Assembly: GCF_018350175.1 (NCBI RefSeq)
Contig: NC_058368.1
Location: 73,346,001 to 73,410,000, forward strand
Direction of reading: 5' to 3'
Length of the DNA stretch: 64,000 nucleotides
Origin: Felis catus
Taxonomy: Eukaryota
The notes beneath the pieces were generated by a model. That model made no database searches and was not told the origin of the DNA. It worked only from the letters and a program-made list of their open reading frames with translations. Both the position numbers and the translations under genes were made by a program. This document shows positions 14,150-26,277 of the stretch, in pieces (position 1 is the stretch's first letter; the number at the start of each line of letters is the position of its first letter).

Positions 14150-14188
14150 GTCTCTGTAAAATAAATAAACATTAGGGGGAAAAAAAAA
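13918..14188 (+). mobile_element. CAN-SINE with expanded (CT)n tract
   Basis: TSD ggaatgctatattact. Confidence 0.93.
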
Positions 14189-14767
14189 GGAATGCTATAT
14201 TACTCACCTTTTATCTCTAACAACAATCTTCAACACAAGGCTGACAAATTGGTGACCTCCATGTCCTTCTCACAGAACAGTCCTTCCCAGCTGGCTACTC
14301 CTGGCATCACCCGGGAGGCTGTTAGTATCAGTGCCTGGGATCCAGTCTCAAAGATGCTGAAGTAATTGAGCTGTAGTGAGGCCTCAGCATCTTTTCTCAC
14401 TTGTTTGTTTTAAGCTCCCTTGGCGTTTGTAACACGCAGGGAGGCTGGTGAGTGTTGGTACTGCTGGCGAGCTTTGGACCAGCAGTGTTGTAATGAAAGT
14501 GCCACCTGAATGCCTTTGGCATCTCCTCTGCAGAGAGGGCACTAATGCCACAGCATAATGGGCATCAAGTGATTTTTGTTGAATGACATCTGTGCGTGAT
14601 GCCAGCAGCTTGAGTCAGACTGTTGTAGTTCAGGTTTTTAAAAAAGATTAAGAAATGGGCACATTAAAGCCGAGAAATGTGTGTGTGATTGCTGCTGGTG
14701 AGGGAAAGAGATTTCAAGTAGCAGACTCTCTAATACTCCTTTTCTTGCTTTTGCTTTGTCATTTCAG

Positions 14768-14883
14768 GTCTGAAAGCTAATAATGTTAACTATACGGTTC
14801 ATTCAGTCAGAAGGGCTCTAGAAAACACTGCCGTGAAGGCTGACAATATAGAAGTATTTGCCCAAGGACATGGTATTATTCAG
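14768..14883 (+). CDS. TPP2: TPP2 exon 12 (116 nt) LKANNVNY...GHGIIQ
   Basis: ttcag| acceptor, |gtagtg donor. Confidence 0.97.
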
Positions 14884-15395
14884 GTAGTGTTTTGTGTGTG
14901 TGAAAAATGGATTGCTAATCAAGATGCAGTCTTAGCTATTACTGGATAATATTTCATATAATAACAGTGATTGAGTTGATCTAATTCTACGTTATGTGAT
15001 CGTAATAGTTTCCGAACTGGTAAGCAAACAAGGTATGAAGCAGATTTCGTAGCTAAGACAGATTTGTTGCAGTAAGAGAAATACAGTAGATGTAGGACAC
15101 ACAGGGTAGAAATTCAGAGCGAAGAGGTTGAGGGCAGAAGCTGTCACTACAACGGCGTATGGAGGAGTCCCTAACTTTGGTCACTTGGGAATAGTGATGT
15201 GAGTCCAGAGAGTGGAGTGGGGTTGTGGGGGTGGTTGAACTGGTGTTGTGTCTGAAAAGGTAGACTTGTCCTCTTAGGCGAATGTACAGACTAACTTTTT
15301 GCCTGTACTTTGCTACAACCGAAATCAAGTTGGTGATTTGTTAATATTTTCTTGACCCAACCATTGATATTTTACTTTTTTTTTTTTTTAATTAG

Positions 15396-15564
15396 GTTGA
15401 TAAAGCCTATGACTACCTCATTCAGAATACATCATTTGCTAATAAATTAGGTTTCACTGTTACTGTTGGAAATAACCGAGGCATCTACCTCCGAGATCCC
15501 GTTCAGGTGGCCGCACCTTCAGATCATGGCGTTGGCATTGAACCTGTATTTCCAGAAAATACCG
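15396..15564 (+). CDS. TPP2: TPP2 exon 13 (169 nt) VDKAYDYL...FPENT
   Basis: attag| acceptor, |gtaagt donor. Confidence 0.97.
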
Positions 15565-16236
15565 GTAAGTAATAAATGGACAGTAAGCTGAGGTGCTCAC
15601 ATTTGTGGTTTGAATGAATAGTATCGTACGAGAGAAAGGCCATTTGGGTTAACGTTCTAAAGAGAAAACATGAATTGCCAATATTATTATCTTAAATCTT
15701 ACATAGTTTAGGGAGATGCGATTGCAGGTAGGGTCCTGATATCATGGCAATTCAGTGAGTCTGGTGACTACAGAGGAAAACAGTAGCCTAGGCCTTCAGT
15801 GACCCAGAGTTTTATTAAATTGTGGACAATCAAGCGTCAGGTTCCTTTTTTTTGCCACTTTGACTGCTTGGGTGTAAGACAGAGAGGTTCGGTCAGAGAG
15901 TGGGTGGCAGAAGCAGCTAGCCAGAACCACAGCTCTTGGAGGTAGGAACAGAATGGTCACCACTGTATCCTTGGCATCTTCCTTTGGGTCAGATGGCACA
16001 TAGTCATGAAAACACCCTGTCGTGAGGCTGTGGCCACGCGGGTAAAACGTGAACGGATCACAGGTGCACTACAGCCTAGGAAGGTCCTGTGGCTGTTATT
16101 TAAGCTGTGTTTTAGAAGCCCATGTCCTAGTGCATTTTTACAATTGACTAAACTCATTTGTTAGGTTTTAAGAGAAGGTAGAACTTTTGAAAATGGAAGA
16201 AAAGGAAAAAAGTACTAATCTTTAATTTTTGGTCTT

Positions 16237-16424
16237 NNNNNNNNNNNNNNNNNNNNNNNNNNNNNNNNNNNNNNNNNNNNNNNNNNNNNNNNNNNNNNNN
16301 NNNNNNNNNNNNNNNNNNNNNNNNNNNNNNNNNNNNNNNNNNNNNNNNNNNNNNNNNNNNNNNNNNNNNNNNNNNNNNNNNNNNNNNNNNNNNNNNNNNN
16401 NNNNNNNNNNNNNNNNNNNNNNNN
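16237..16424. other. TPP2: N-run (188 nt), inferred to hide TPP2 exon 14 (~158 nt, ENSEK...LHYTE)
   Basis: Exon 13 ends in phase 1 and exon 15 starts in phase 0, so a 3n+2 exon must lie between them. No such exon is visible elsewhere, and a pyrimidine-rich stretch precedes the Ns. Confidence 0.85.
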
Positions 16425-16682
16425 TTACTTTCTAAATACTCTTTAAAATGTGTAAAAGTACCTTATGTGGCAGTCTGTGTTCCCATTGGTCTGAATTAGT
16501 TAAGGGTGGGTATGCATGCATTTGGTATTTTGCCATTAATTATGTGACCCGACATCAGAAAAGTGGTGTCCGCTCGTGCTTAATGCTTTTAAATTTTAAT
16601 ATTACTTTACTCTGTGAATAGATTTTACCTTTTTTTCTCTTGTAAAGGTTTAGGGATACTGAAACGTCCTCTTTTTTTCTAG

Positions 16683-16759
16683 GTGTGTGGCTATGACATA
16701 GCCTCCCCTAACGCAGGTCCTCTGTTCCGAGTTCCAATCACTGCAGTGGTAGCAGCCAA
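16683..16759 (+). CDS. TPP2: TPP2 exon 15 (77 nt) VCGYDIASP...AVVAA
   Basis: tctag| acceptor, |gtaagt donor. Confidence 0.97.
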
Positions 16760-18151
16760 GTAAGTAACGAGTTACCGCAGCTGTTGTTACATGGAACTTT
16801 TTCGTGGCTATTTATGGAAATAGTGTGAACTTTTAAAGGATTGATAGACCAGAATCAGGTAACTGGGCTTTAGTTCTGCTTCTTGCTCGAAGTTCAGGGT
16901 GGCACATAGTCTTTGTATCGCTTGTTGACTGTGAGAATACCTGGGGACGTCTCACATGCCCTGCCCCAGCGCTGTGCCCGGTCTGATCCGTCTGCGGTTG
17001 GTGGTATTGTTTCGTCCCATCACCTACTGTTTCCAGACTCTTCCCTTCCCATCTTGTCTTTCACCCCAGAACCGAGGAACTCTGATCTGATCGTACCGCT
17101 TCCTGTTTAAGATACATTGGTGGCATTCCCAAGGATCAATGCTCTTTAAAACAGCAAACACTGATCCTTCAAAACCAGCATTTCCTATCACCCCATCCAC
17201 CCAGCTGCACGTTTCCACTCACTGGTGCCGTTGCCCAGGTTTCCTCAGACTGGCATGTTCCTGGTCATCCCCAGGCGAAGGTAGTCCCTTCTGGCTGCCT
17301 CATGGCACTTTTTACGTGCCTGCAGTACAGGCTTTAGCCATTATGGGCAATGTTAGTTTACCCCATTGGACTGTGAGCCCGCTGAAGACACAGGGACTGT
17401 ATCCTACGAGTTCCTGTGTGGAGCCCATTACATAGTATATTCGGAACAAAACAAATTGTTTAGTAGATGAAGTACGAGATCGAGATGGGAATTCTGGAAA
17501 CAACGGGAAGTTCTCAGTTAATGGTTTCTACTGAGTTAGTTACACTGGTAAATATTAAATATGCCCTAGGTCTCAGCCTGTAAGAAACCTAGGATGAGAT
17601 TCTGGAGATAAAAAGTGACATACACATGGAGAAATTACAGAACACTTAAATTCTCAGATTTTCCCTGGAAGTCCAGTAGGAAGTTAGACAAAATAATATA
17701 GAAGATTCAGGAATTTGCTGAGACATCATCTCCTTCAGGAAGCTTTTCCACGAACCAAGTACCTTTTCTTTCTTTACTGCTAACACTTCCTATCTACCCC
17801 AAGCATATTATGTTAAATGTTTTTGGTGGTTTTTCTGTCTCCTCCAGACTGACTAGGGCAAAGGAAAATATTTTATTCAGTGTTGTATTTGAAGCTCCTA
17901 ACAACAGGACCCCATAGGTATAGTAGGCACTCATTAAATGTTTGTCACACTGACTACAATTTATCCTTAGCATACTCTTTAGGTTTCCATAGTGGGTAAT
18001 TACATATTTGACTTTTATGTGTCATTGATTTCTTACAAAAATGCTGTGAAAGTACTTTTCTTCTTTACTGTGTCATTATAGCATGGCGTATTTTGAAGCT
18101 ATATAAAGAGGTTTAATACCAGTCTCAGAGCTATAAGACAGTATCGGTGAC

Positions 18152-18352
18152 GAGGCACCTGAGTGGCTTAGTCAGTTAAGCATCCGACTCTTGATTTCCA
18201 CTCAGGTCATGATATCATGGTTTGTGAGATCTAACCCTTCATCAGGCTCTGCGCTGACAGCCTAGAACCTGGTTGGGATTCTTTTTCCCTCTCTGCCCCT
18301 CCCCCGCTCACACACTCTTTCAAAAATAAATAAACTTAAAAAAAAAAAAAAA
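18152..18352 (+). mobile_element. CAN-SINE
   Basis: TSD aagacagtatcggtgac / aagaccgtatcagtgac. Confidence 0.9.
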
Positions 18353-18722
18353 AAGACCGTATCAGTGACACAAAACATTACGTTTGATTTTAATATTTAG
18401 GACTCACGATAGTTTAGATTCTAGTAATTGGGAAATCCTGTGAATGAAGGATCCATGTATGTGTGTCTTCCAGACAGATTGTAGCAGACAAGTAAATAGG
18501 AGAAAAATCACTATCCTGGGCTATCCAGAGCTTATCACTACTAACATGTTGCAAAAATGAGACTACTGTGCGAACTGTTTTGTAACCAGCTTTTAAATCC
18601 CTGTGTTTATTTCCAATGAACTGTGTTTCTTTCTAATGTTAAAATCTAGAGTACCGGTGGGCTTATAATATAAAGACATTTTTGTGACAGTGTCACATTT
18701 AGCTGTTTATTTTTATTTTCAG

Positions 18723-18829
18723 AGTAAACGAATCATCACATTATGATCTAGCCTTGACAGATATACATTTTAAACCTGGTCAAATTCGAAGGCATTTTAT
18801 TGAGGTTCCTGAGGGTGCAACATGGGCTG
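18723..18829 (+). CDS. TPP2: TPP2 exon 16 (107 nt) VNESSHYD...GATWA
   Basis: ttcag| acceptor, |gtaagt donor. Confidence 0.97.
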
Positions 18830-19081
18830 GTAAGTAACATTTGAGTCCGTCCTGACCACTTACCTTTATGTATGTTCTATCCTTTCTGGGATTGGACCAC
18901 AGAAAGTTTGTGTATCTCTAGTATGGGCCTTTCTCCTGACAGTACTACCTTTGACACTCTAGATTTGCTGTTAGATTTAAAACATTAATAAGATCTTGTA
19001 CTATTTTGCATTGATTCATACATCAAATCATCTAGGCTATTTTAAGATGTTTTAATATTCAAATTTTTAGCTTAGTTTAAC

Positions 19082-19278
19082 ATTTTTTATTCTTTGAAGA
19101 GACAGGGACAGAGCACGAGCAGGGGAGGGGCAGAGAGAGAGAGAGACACAATCGGAAGGAGTCTCCAGGCTCTGAGCTGTCAGCACAGAGCCCAACGCGG
19201 GGCTTGAACCCGCGAACTGTGGGATCATGACCTGAGCTGAAGTCAGACACTCAACTGACTGAGCCACCCAGGCGCCCC
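19082..19278 (-). mobile_element. CAN-SINE (felid type)
   Basis: TSD ttttagcttagttta / ttttaacttagttta. Confidence 0.92.
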
Positions 19279-19599
19279 TTTTTAACTTAGTTTAGAATAA
19301 TACTTTGTCTATTAATGATTAGAGTCAGAGCTGTATGGTTGAGAACTCTGGGCTACCGCCCATATAGGGCCCATGGAATTGTCTAATACTGAGCTCTGAT
19401 AAAATGTACACTAATAATACTAAAGGAAAATCTATGGTTGGTTAGTATTGAATCTGATATCTTTTTAACGGTTAATGCCAGTAATTATAATGCACTAATT
19501 ACGATTTGTTCAGGTTGCTATTGAAAACAGGGTTATTTTTATAGGAATTTATTGGATGATCCAGAATGGAAGTAGCTCAGAGCATATAGCAGTCTTAGA

Positions 19600-19950
19600 T
19601 CAGCAGTTTGCTGGGGGAGGGCAAGGAAACGGGAAGATGGCGGTCAAGGGTACAGACTTTCACTTACAAGGTGAATAAGTTCAAGGAATCTAATGTCTAA
19701 CACAGTAACTGTGGTGAACTGTTCTTTATTATGTATTTGAAATTTGCTAAAAGTCAGGTTTGAAATATTTTCACAACCACAAAACAAATTGGTAAGTGTG
19801 TGAAGTGATGGATGTATTAACTAGCCTTATTGTGATAGCCATTTTACAATATATGTGTGTGTATCAAATCCCCACAGTGTACACCCTAAACTTACACACA
19901 ATGTCATTTGTCAATAACAAATACACTGTATCTCGGTAAAATGGGGTGGG
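19600..19950 (+). mobile_element. L1MA/MB-type 3' end
   Basis: gatggatgtattaactagccttattgtgat...tgtacaccctaaacttacac is typical of an L1M 3'UTR. Confidence 0.75.
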
Positions 19951-20732
19951 AGGTGGTGGGGGGGGGGGGCAAAAACAACAAAACCCAGAAATGTACAACA
20001 GATGATTCCTATTTCAAATAATTAGACATATTGTCCTAACACTAGGTTTTGTATTCTTAGCAATTGATTAGGTTCACAGAGCTCTGTGCCCACTTGACCT
20101 TGGGAACCAGAGACTAAGCCTTGCTCTAAGTTTCCTGTATTAGAGTGGGTGTTCATTAGATAAGATGCTGATCCTGCCTCACAGGGATTGTGGCTTTGCC
20201 TCCAGCTCAGCCTCAGAATAAAGCTAAGCACATGCAGTTCTGACAGTCACACTTTCTAGAAGCAGACGGGAGGGAGAGACTAGGAAAAGTTGTCAGTGAA
20301 GTTGAAGAAATAGATACTAATGGACTTAAGGTATGGTAACAAGTAGAGGTTTCCAAAATTAAAATCCTTTATCAGGAATTGATTGGTCCTCAGCTAAAGC
20401 AAGTTTCCTCATAGCAACAGAGGGGAGCAGGGTTTTGTGTAATCGTGTCCATCTGTGGACAGCTTGCTGTTCCGTGGTGTTTGGAGTTTGCAGCATGGCG
20501 GCTGCTCATTTTAATGCTGTTCTGTTTCTTTTCCGTAGTCGAGTCTTCTACCCTTTTATCTTTATTCATTCTGTTGATTCTTTGTTTTTGAGAAAATCCG
20601 CGCATTTCCTTTGAGTATATTATTTTATTGGCAATATGTCGTTTTCTAAAAAGTTGGCATTATTAAAATACTTGTATGTCTTTTTTTAAATCCTGTCAGT
20701 TTAAAGCTTTGCTTCCCCCCATCTGACTCTAG

Positions 20733-20887
20733 AGGTGACTGTGTGTTCGTGCTCTTCTGAGGTTTCGGCCAAGTTTGTTCTCCACGCAGTGCAGCTGGTG
20801 AAGCAGAGGGCGTATCGAAGTCATGAATTCTATAAGTTCTGTTCCCTTCCGGAAAAAGGGACATTGACTGAAGCTTTTCCTGTCTTA
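20733..20887 (+). CDS. TPP2: TPP2 exon 17 (155 nt) VTVCSCSS...AFPVL
   Basis: tctag| acceptor, |gtaagt donor. Confidence 0.97.
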
Positions 20888-22002
20888 GTAAGTTTCAATT
20901 ACTAGTTTGAAATCCTAAAATGATGTCTTTTTTTTATTTTTGTTGTGGGCCAAACCTAAGTATTTGAATTTGGTTTTATAGTTTGTATAGAGCATATTGG
21001 GACTGCATATTTTATTGATGCTGAATAAGTAAAGTAGGAAGGTGGGTAGTCTTGGTGGGTTAGTGGAGACCAAGCAGGAGGTAAATATTGTTTGAACTCT
21101 TCGATAACTTAGTGAAGAAAAGTGCTGGTCTGCTAGGTTCTGATGCCTTGCGACATGGACCCCGAAGTGGATTGTTTTCCTCGTCACACAGATCATTTCC
21201 TCATTTACGTTTTTCTTCATGTTTTCTACTTGTTGCATTATTAATGCCCCGTAGTTAAGAATCCATGAGGCTGTTTTGCTGTAGAGGTGAAGCTGTTGCC
21301 GCTTCCCACCCGCAGGGCTGCCGCGTGGCAGGGCCCCTCCTGCGTGGTGTCGTTTGTCCTCTGCAGGAGCCGGCGTTCTTTCTCAGACCTGTTTCCGTAG
21401 TGTTTTCAGTTAGTTGTATCATCTTTCCTGGATCTTATGTTTCTGATTACTTTTTCTTGTATGTGTTAGTGTCCTGTGACCCATCTTTAAACTTTCTAAC
21501 GCACCGAGTACTAGAAAACCTAATTTAAAACTCAGTGCTTCAAATAGTTTTTGCTTTTAATTTTTCTAAGAGAAAGATGTAAATGACCGTAGTTTCATTT
21601 TGCTTTGATTGCCAGGCAGCTCTGAGCCTGCAACTCAACTGTGGGTATTGAATAGGCCTTGCACAGCTGAAATACCCCTCTTATCATTGTTCTTATAACT
21701 TTTCCTTTGGCCCTAAGTTTTTATTCCAGTTTGTTTTCATCATTGTTTTATTTCATGTACTCTGAAAAGCTGCCTCAGATCTTTTATGACAAGCACTGTA
21801 GGATTCTGAGTAAATAACTGTATATTTAAATGCCTGTACTCTATCTCTGCAACCATAATCGTCTAACTCCACACATAGCTGTACAAATAGGAAAAGTTTG
21901 AAAGCTAGAATTGCTTTAAAACACCTACTATTTATATTGTGTACTTTGAAGGAAAGTGAGAGAAGGGAATTATACATCTCTGATTTTCATCTTTCTTCAC
22001 AG

Positions 22003-22119
22003 GGTGGGAAAGCAATTGAGTTTTGCATTGCTCGTTGGTGGGCAAGTCTCAGTGATGTCAATATCGATTACACCATTTCTTTCCATGGAATAGTGTGTAC
22101 TGCTCCTCAGTTAAACATT
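22003..22119 (+). CDS. TPP2: TPP2 exon 18 (117 nt) GGKAIEFC...PQLNI
   Basis: cacag| acceptor, |gtaagt donor. Confidence 0.97.
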
Positions 22120-22360
22120 GTAAGTTCCATGTTTCCATCATTTTTAACGTCACTTACTTGCGTTAGGGAAAAATAATCTCACTGGTTGGGTTTAAATGTT
22201 AACGTGCAGATTACCTATGGTTCTGGAAATAACGGTAGTCTTTATTCATAGGTGTTTACCAACTTTGCGTTAGACATGTCCATTTTAGGTCCAAATGTTT
22301 AAAAATATGGTTTATTATCACCAAAGTTTGAGAATCTAACTTGATAAATATCCTTTGTAG

Positions 22361-22461
22361 CATGCGTCGGAAGGAATCAATCGTTTTGATGTTCAGTCCT
22401 CCTTGAAGTATGAAGATCTGGCTCCCTGCATAACCTTGAAGAGCTGGGTCCAGACACTGCG
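22361..22461 (+). CDS. TPP2: TPP2 exon 19 (101 nt) HASEGINR...WVQTL
   Basis: tgtag| acceptor, |gtatcttt donor. Confidence 0.96.
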
Positions 22462-23078
22462 GTATCTTTAAATGTTTTAGGGCTACAGATGTTGAGCATC
22501 GGTGTGGTGGGGAGTGGGGACATCTCTTACACTCTTTGAAAGGAGTCATCTTCTTAAATCATCTGAGTGCTGGAAATACAAATGCACTTTCTGACTTTCC
22601 AGCCTAGGAATCCTGGCAGCCCTCAAGGAGGCAGCCCCAGCAGTAGCTTCCAGCCTTAAATAACATGGAAGTAAAGCTCTGGGTGTGGCCCCTACAGGAC
22701 CCAGCCTGTGATGTGTGCGTTGCCATCTGCAGTTTGGACAGGAGGGTGCGAATCAAAACCTGTCTCTACTTCGACAGTGTTAGCAGTTGCCCCAATATTG
22801 GGATCTGGTTACGTATTGACTATGTGTTGACATTTGAAAATGTTTTTGTAACCTCACAAGATTTAAACTATGTATTGCTGTGGTTCAGTCAGTAGAGAAT
22901 TCTCTACGTGAATACTATATTAAAATACTATAAAATATACTGAAAATATAATAAGATATACAGAGTTTAGGAATGTTCATTGTCACTTATTGTGACACGT
23001 CATAGATTTTGTTGATTATAGTTTCATTGGTCTCAGTGAATGAACTCTTAAATCAGTTACACATTTGTCTAATTACAG

Positions 23079-23175
23079 ACCACTGAGTGCAAAAACAAAA
23101 CCTTTAGGATCAAGAGATGTTTTGCCAAATAATCGTCAGCTTTATGAGATGATCCTGACCTATAACTTTCATCAA
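23079..23175 (+). CDS. TPP2: TPP2 exon 20 (97 nt) PLSAKTKP...YNFHQ
   Basis: tacag| acceptor, |gtaagt donor. Confidence 0.97.
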
Positions 23176-23268
23176 GTAAGTGTTTATATAATGAAGTATA
23201 ACCTTAAAATGAACTTCTGGGTTTTGTTCATGAATCATAAAGTCAAAAATGGAAGGACAAGGGATTGA

Positions 23269-23296
23269 GTGTGTGTGTGTGCGTGTGCGTGTGTGT
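23269..23296 (+). repeat. Interrupted (GT)n microsatellite
   Basis: Read directly. Confidence 0.95.
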
Positions 23297-23907
23297 ATCA
23301 AAGAGTCAAGTAATTAACTGTGGTTAATTTGGAATTATTCTTTGGAAAGTAATGATTTGTAACGATCTAAGTCCCATTTGGGTCTGAAGTCATAAACTCT
23401 AATTTAGTGGTAACTTTGCCTTTGAACCTTAGTGTTTATAATCACTGATAACTGTTCAGTGGTTAGACGTCTCACCAATGCCAGATGCCTTCTGATTATG
23501 ACAGATGGCCTGACTGCTTTCTCTGAAGCATACATTAAAACCATGAGAAGTCGGAATAACTCTTGGGTTGAATGAGTAGTAAAAGGTAGTTGAGACTAGT
23601 GTAAATGTGGGATCTGAGAATTTATGTAGGACCAGTGAGATTTCAGCAGAATGCTTATTGGAACATAATATGAATTTGGTTTTAGTGTTTAGGAGATGAT
23701 TGATTTCGGTGAATTGTCAAATTTCAGTTTTATCAAGTAATTAGAGGTCCTGAAGGATACATATTATATTCATTAATGCATACAAATAGCTGGGTTTGTA
23801 TTTTTAAAAGCTCGTAAAGGAGAAATATTTTTTTTATTACTGCCAAAATATTGGATGTTCTGCATTTTAAAAATCGGTTACCAAAAGGAAATGTTTTTAA
23901 TACTTTT

Positions 23908-24119
23908 TTTTTTTTACTTTTTTTTTTTTTTATTGTCTATTTATTTTTGAGAGAGAGAGCACAGAAGAGGGGCAGAGAGAGAGGGAGACACAGAATCCGA
24001 AGCAGGCTCCAGGCTCCGAGCTGTCAGCACAGAGCCCAACGCGGGGCTCGAGCTCACAAACTGAGATCATGACCTGAGCCGAAGTCGGACGCTTAACCGA
24101 CTGAGCCACCCAGGCGCCC
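23908..24119 (-). mobile_element. CAN-SINE (felid type)
   Basis: TSD tgtttttaatactttt. Confidence 0.93.
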
Positions 24120-24225
24120 TGTTTTTAATACTTTTAATGTAAAAATCTCATCAATAACAGTTTTGCAGATCTACATCAGAAATCACGTAAATCATGTCAA
24201 GTAATCATTCGTATTTTTTTTGTAG

Positions 24226-24363
24226 CCCAAGAGTGGGGAAGTAACTCCAAGCTGCCCACTACTTTGTGAACTATTGTATGAATCAGAATTTGACAGCCAA
24301 CTGTGGATTATATTTGACCAGAACAAAAGACAAATGGGTTCGGGAGATGCCTATCCACATCAG
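24226..24363 (+). CDS. TPP2: TPP2 exon 21 (138 nt) PKSGEVTP...AYPHQ
   Basis: tgtag| acceptor, |gtatga donor. Confidence 0.97.
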
Positions 24364-25697
24364 GTATGAAATCAGTAGTGATTTTTAGAATTAACAGAGG
24401 CTGTTTCCTGAGATAATGAATTTCTGATTTCTTGTTTATGGTAATTTTTGTTTTTCTGTTTTGTTTTTTTTTTAATCATATAGTTTTGTATTTACTTCTT
24501 TGACATACCAGTCGAAGCTCAGTTAGTTGTCTTGTATAAAATAGACTGTGACAACCTCTCAGCCATGTAAAGTCAGCTGATTCAAGTTTTGGGGTAGAGG
24601 AGGGCACGGGTGATGCCTGCAGACGCTGGCCAGCATAGCTTTTTATTTTAAGTATTTCTCCTTCCTTCCCACTGCTTCCACCCATCTGAAGGCTGAAAGC
24701 GGATCATCTAAGGTCATATGCGCATCTTGAAATGATCCCAGGTCTGAACTTGGTGAAAAGCACTACAGCAGTGTCTTCAGTTTACTAGAACTTTGACATT
24801 TATTTCTTCCTGACATGGCTGTTTACTCAGCACTTACTGTATGCCAAGCACTGTGCTTGGTACGATTGTCTCAAGGGGAAAAAATCTTTTATTCAAACAG
24901 TTTGTAGAAATTTCATCCGATTAAAATATCGTTACCAAGAAATGAGGTATTTCCTGTAACATCTATAATCTTAGGCCAGATAATGAAAATAATTTGCGCA
25001 GGTTTTTTTCAATTCACTAGTCAGGAAATGATTTCCTTTCTCTCAAAGCAATCCCAGCCCCCCCCCCCCCCCCGCCCCCGCCCCACCTCCTCAGTGCAGA
25101 CTGGGTTACACGGTGCCATTACTTTATTGTTTACAATCTCCTCGAGAGAAAGTGCCGATGCAGGATATGGCGTTCCATGCTCCTGAACAGGCTGACTGGG
25201 TGAAACATAGTGGATTTGTACTCCTCGATCTCTGCTGGCTCCCTGTTCTCCCTGTTTGGGATAAAGAGGCGCGGCGTTCTGGCTGTAAGATAAAGACGAC
25301 CCGCTGTGTACGCACACACGTGCGCGTTATTGGTCTTAGATATTATACAGCACCTCAGTTTTGCTAGGTTTGGTGGCATTTTATCCATGTTCTAAAGACT
25401 CACAAACTAGAAAATCATGGCTCTCGTCAGTCTTGAGCAGACACTGGTGTAGCTGAGAGAATGGGCATAGCCTGTTGTCGTGGCAAAGTGAGGGCTTGGG
25501 AGGCATTCCCACCCGCAGCTCCCTTACCCTTTAGTCTGCATGTGGCCGTGGACGGTTCACATGGTGCTCTCAGCCCTGGTGTGCAGGCAAGTGTGTGCAT
25601 GCTCTGTGTGTGCTGATTGTTCCTGCTTATTCTCTTACTCTGAGTTCCATTTACTTGGCTAACCCGTACTTTTCCCAATGTTCTTTGTCTTTTTTAG

Positions 25698-25942
25698 TAT
25701 TCTTTGAAACTGGAAAAAGGAGATTATACAATTCGACTCCAGATCCGTCATGAGCAGATCAGTGATTTGGAACGTCTTAAAGATCTTCCATTTATTGTTT
25801 CTCATAGGTTGTCTAATACCTTGAGCTTAGATATTCATGAAAATCATAGCCTTGCACTTCTAGGAAAGAAGAAATCAAGTAATTTGACATTACCACCCAA
25901 ATACAATCAACCATTCTTTGTTACTTCCTTACCCGATGACAA
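25698..25942 (+). CDS. TPP2: TPP2 exon 22 (245 nt) YSLKLEKG...SLPDD
   Basis: tttag| acceptor, |gtaagt donor; matches ORF 25704-25946. Confidence 0.98.
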
Positions 25943-26198
25943 GTAAGTGGCAGCGTTGCTTACAGTTAATGTCTGTCCTAAATACTGTACTGTTTTTATG
26001 TGAGTTCATTACATTGGGCTAAATTTACAGTATATTGTCACATACTATTTTAGACTAAGATGATTTCTCCCTTTGATTTTTGAAATCTGAGCTACGGGAA
26101 TTATTTCAGATTACAGTTGTTTTGATGGTTTACTCCAATTACCTTTGTGAGACTTTTTCTTTAGTTCCTTTTTTTTCTCTTTTAAACTTTTGTATTAG

Positions 26199-26277
26199 AA
26201 TACCTAAAGGGGCAGGACCTGGATGCTACCTTGCAGGATCCTTAACGTTATCAAAGACTGAACTTGGAAAGAAAGCT
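26199..26277 (+). CDS. TPP2: TPP2 exon 23 (79 nt) IPKGAGPG...LGKKA
   Basis: attag| acceptor, |gtaagt donor. Confidence 0.97.

Noticed and set aside
15564-16683. Apparent TPP2 frameshift or pseudogene
   Set aside because: The phase mismatch is explained by exon 14 lying in the N-run. All visible exons are intact with canonical splice sites.
24843-24862. Palindrome ccaagcac-t-gtgcttgg
   Set aside because: It derives from a common L2/MIR motif (gccaggcactgtgcta) and is short enough to arise by drift.
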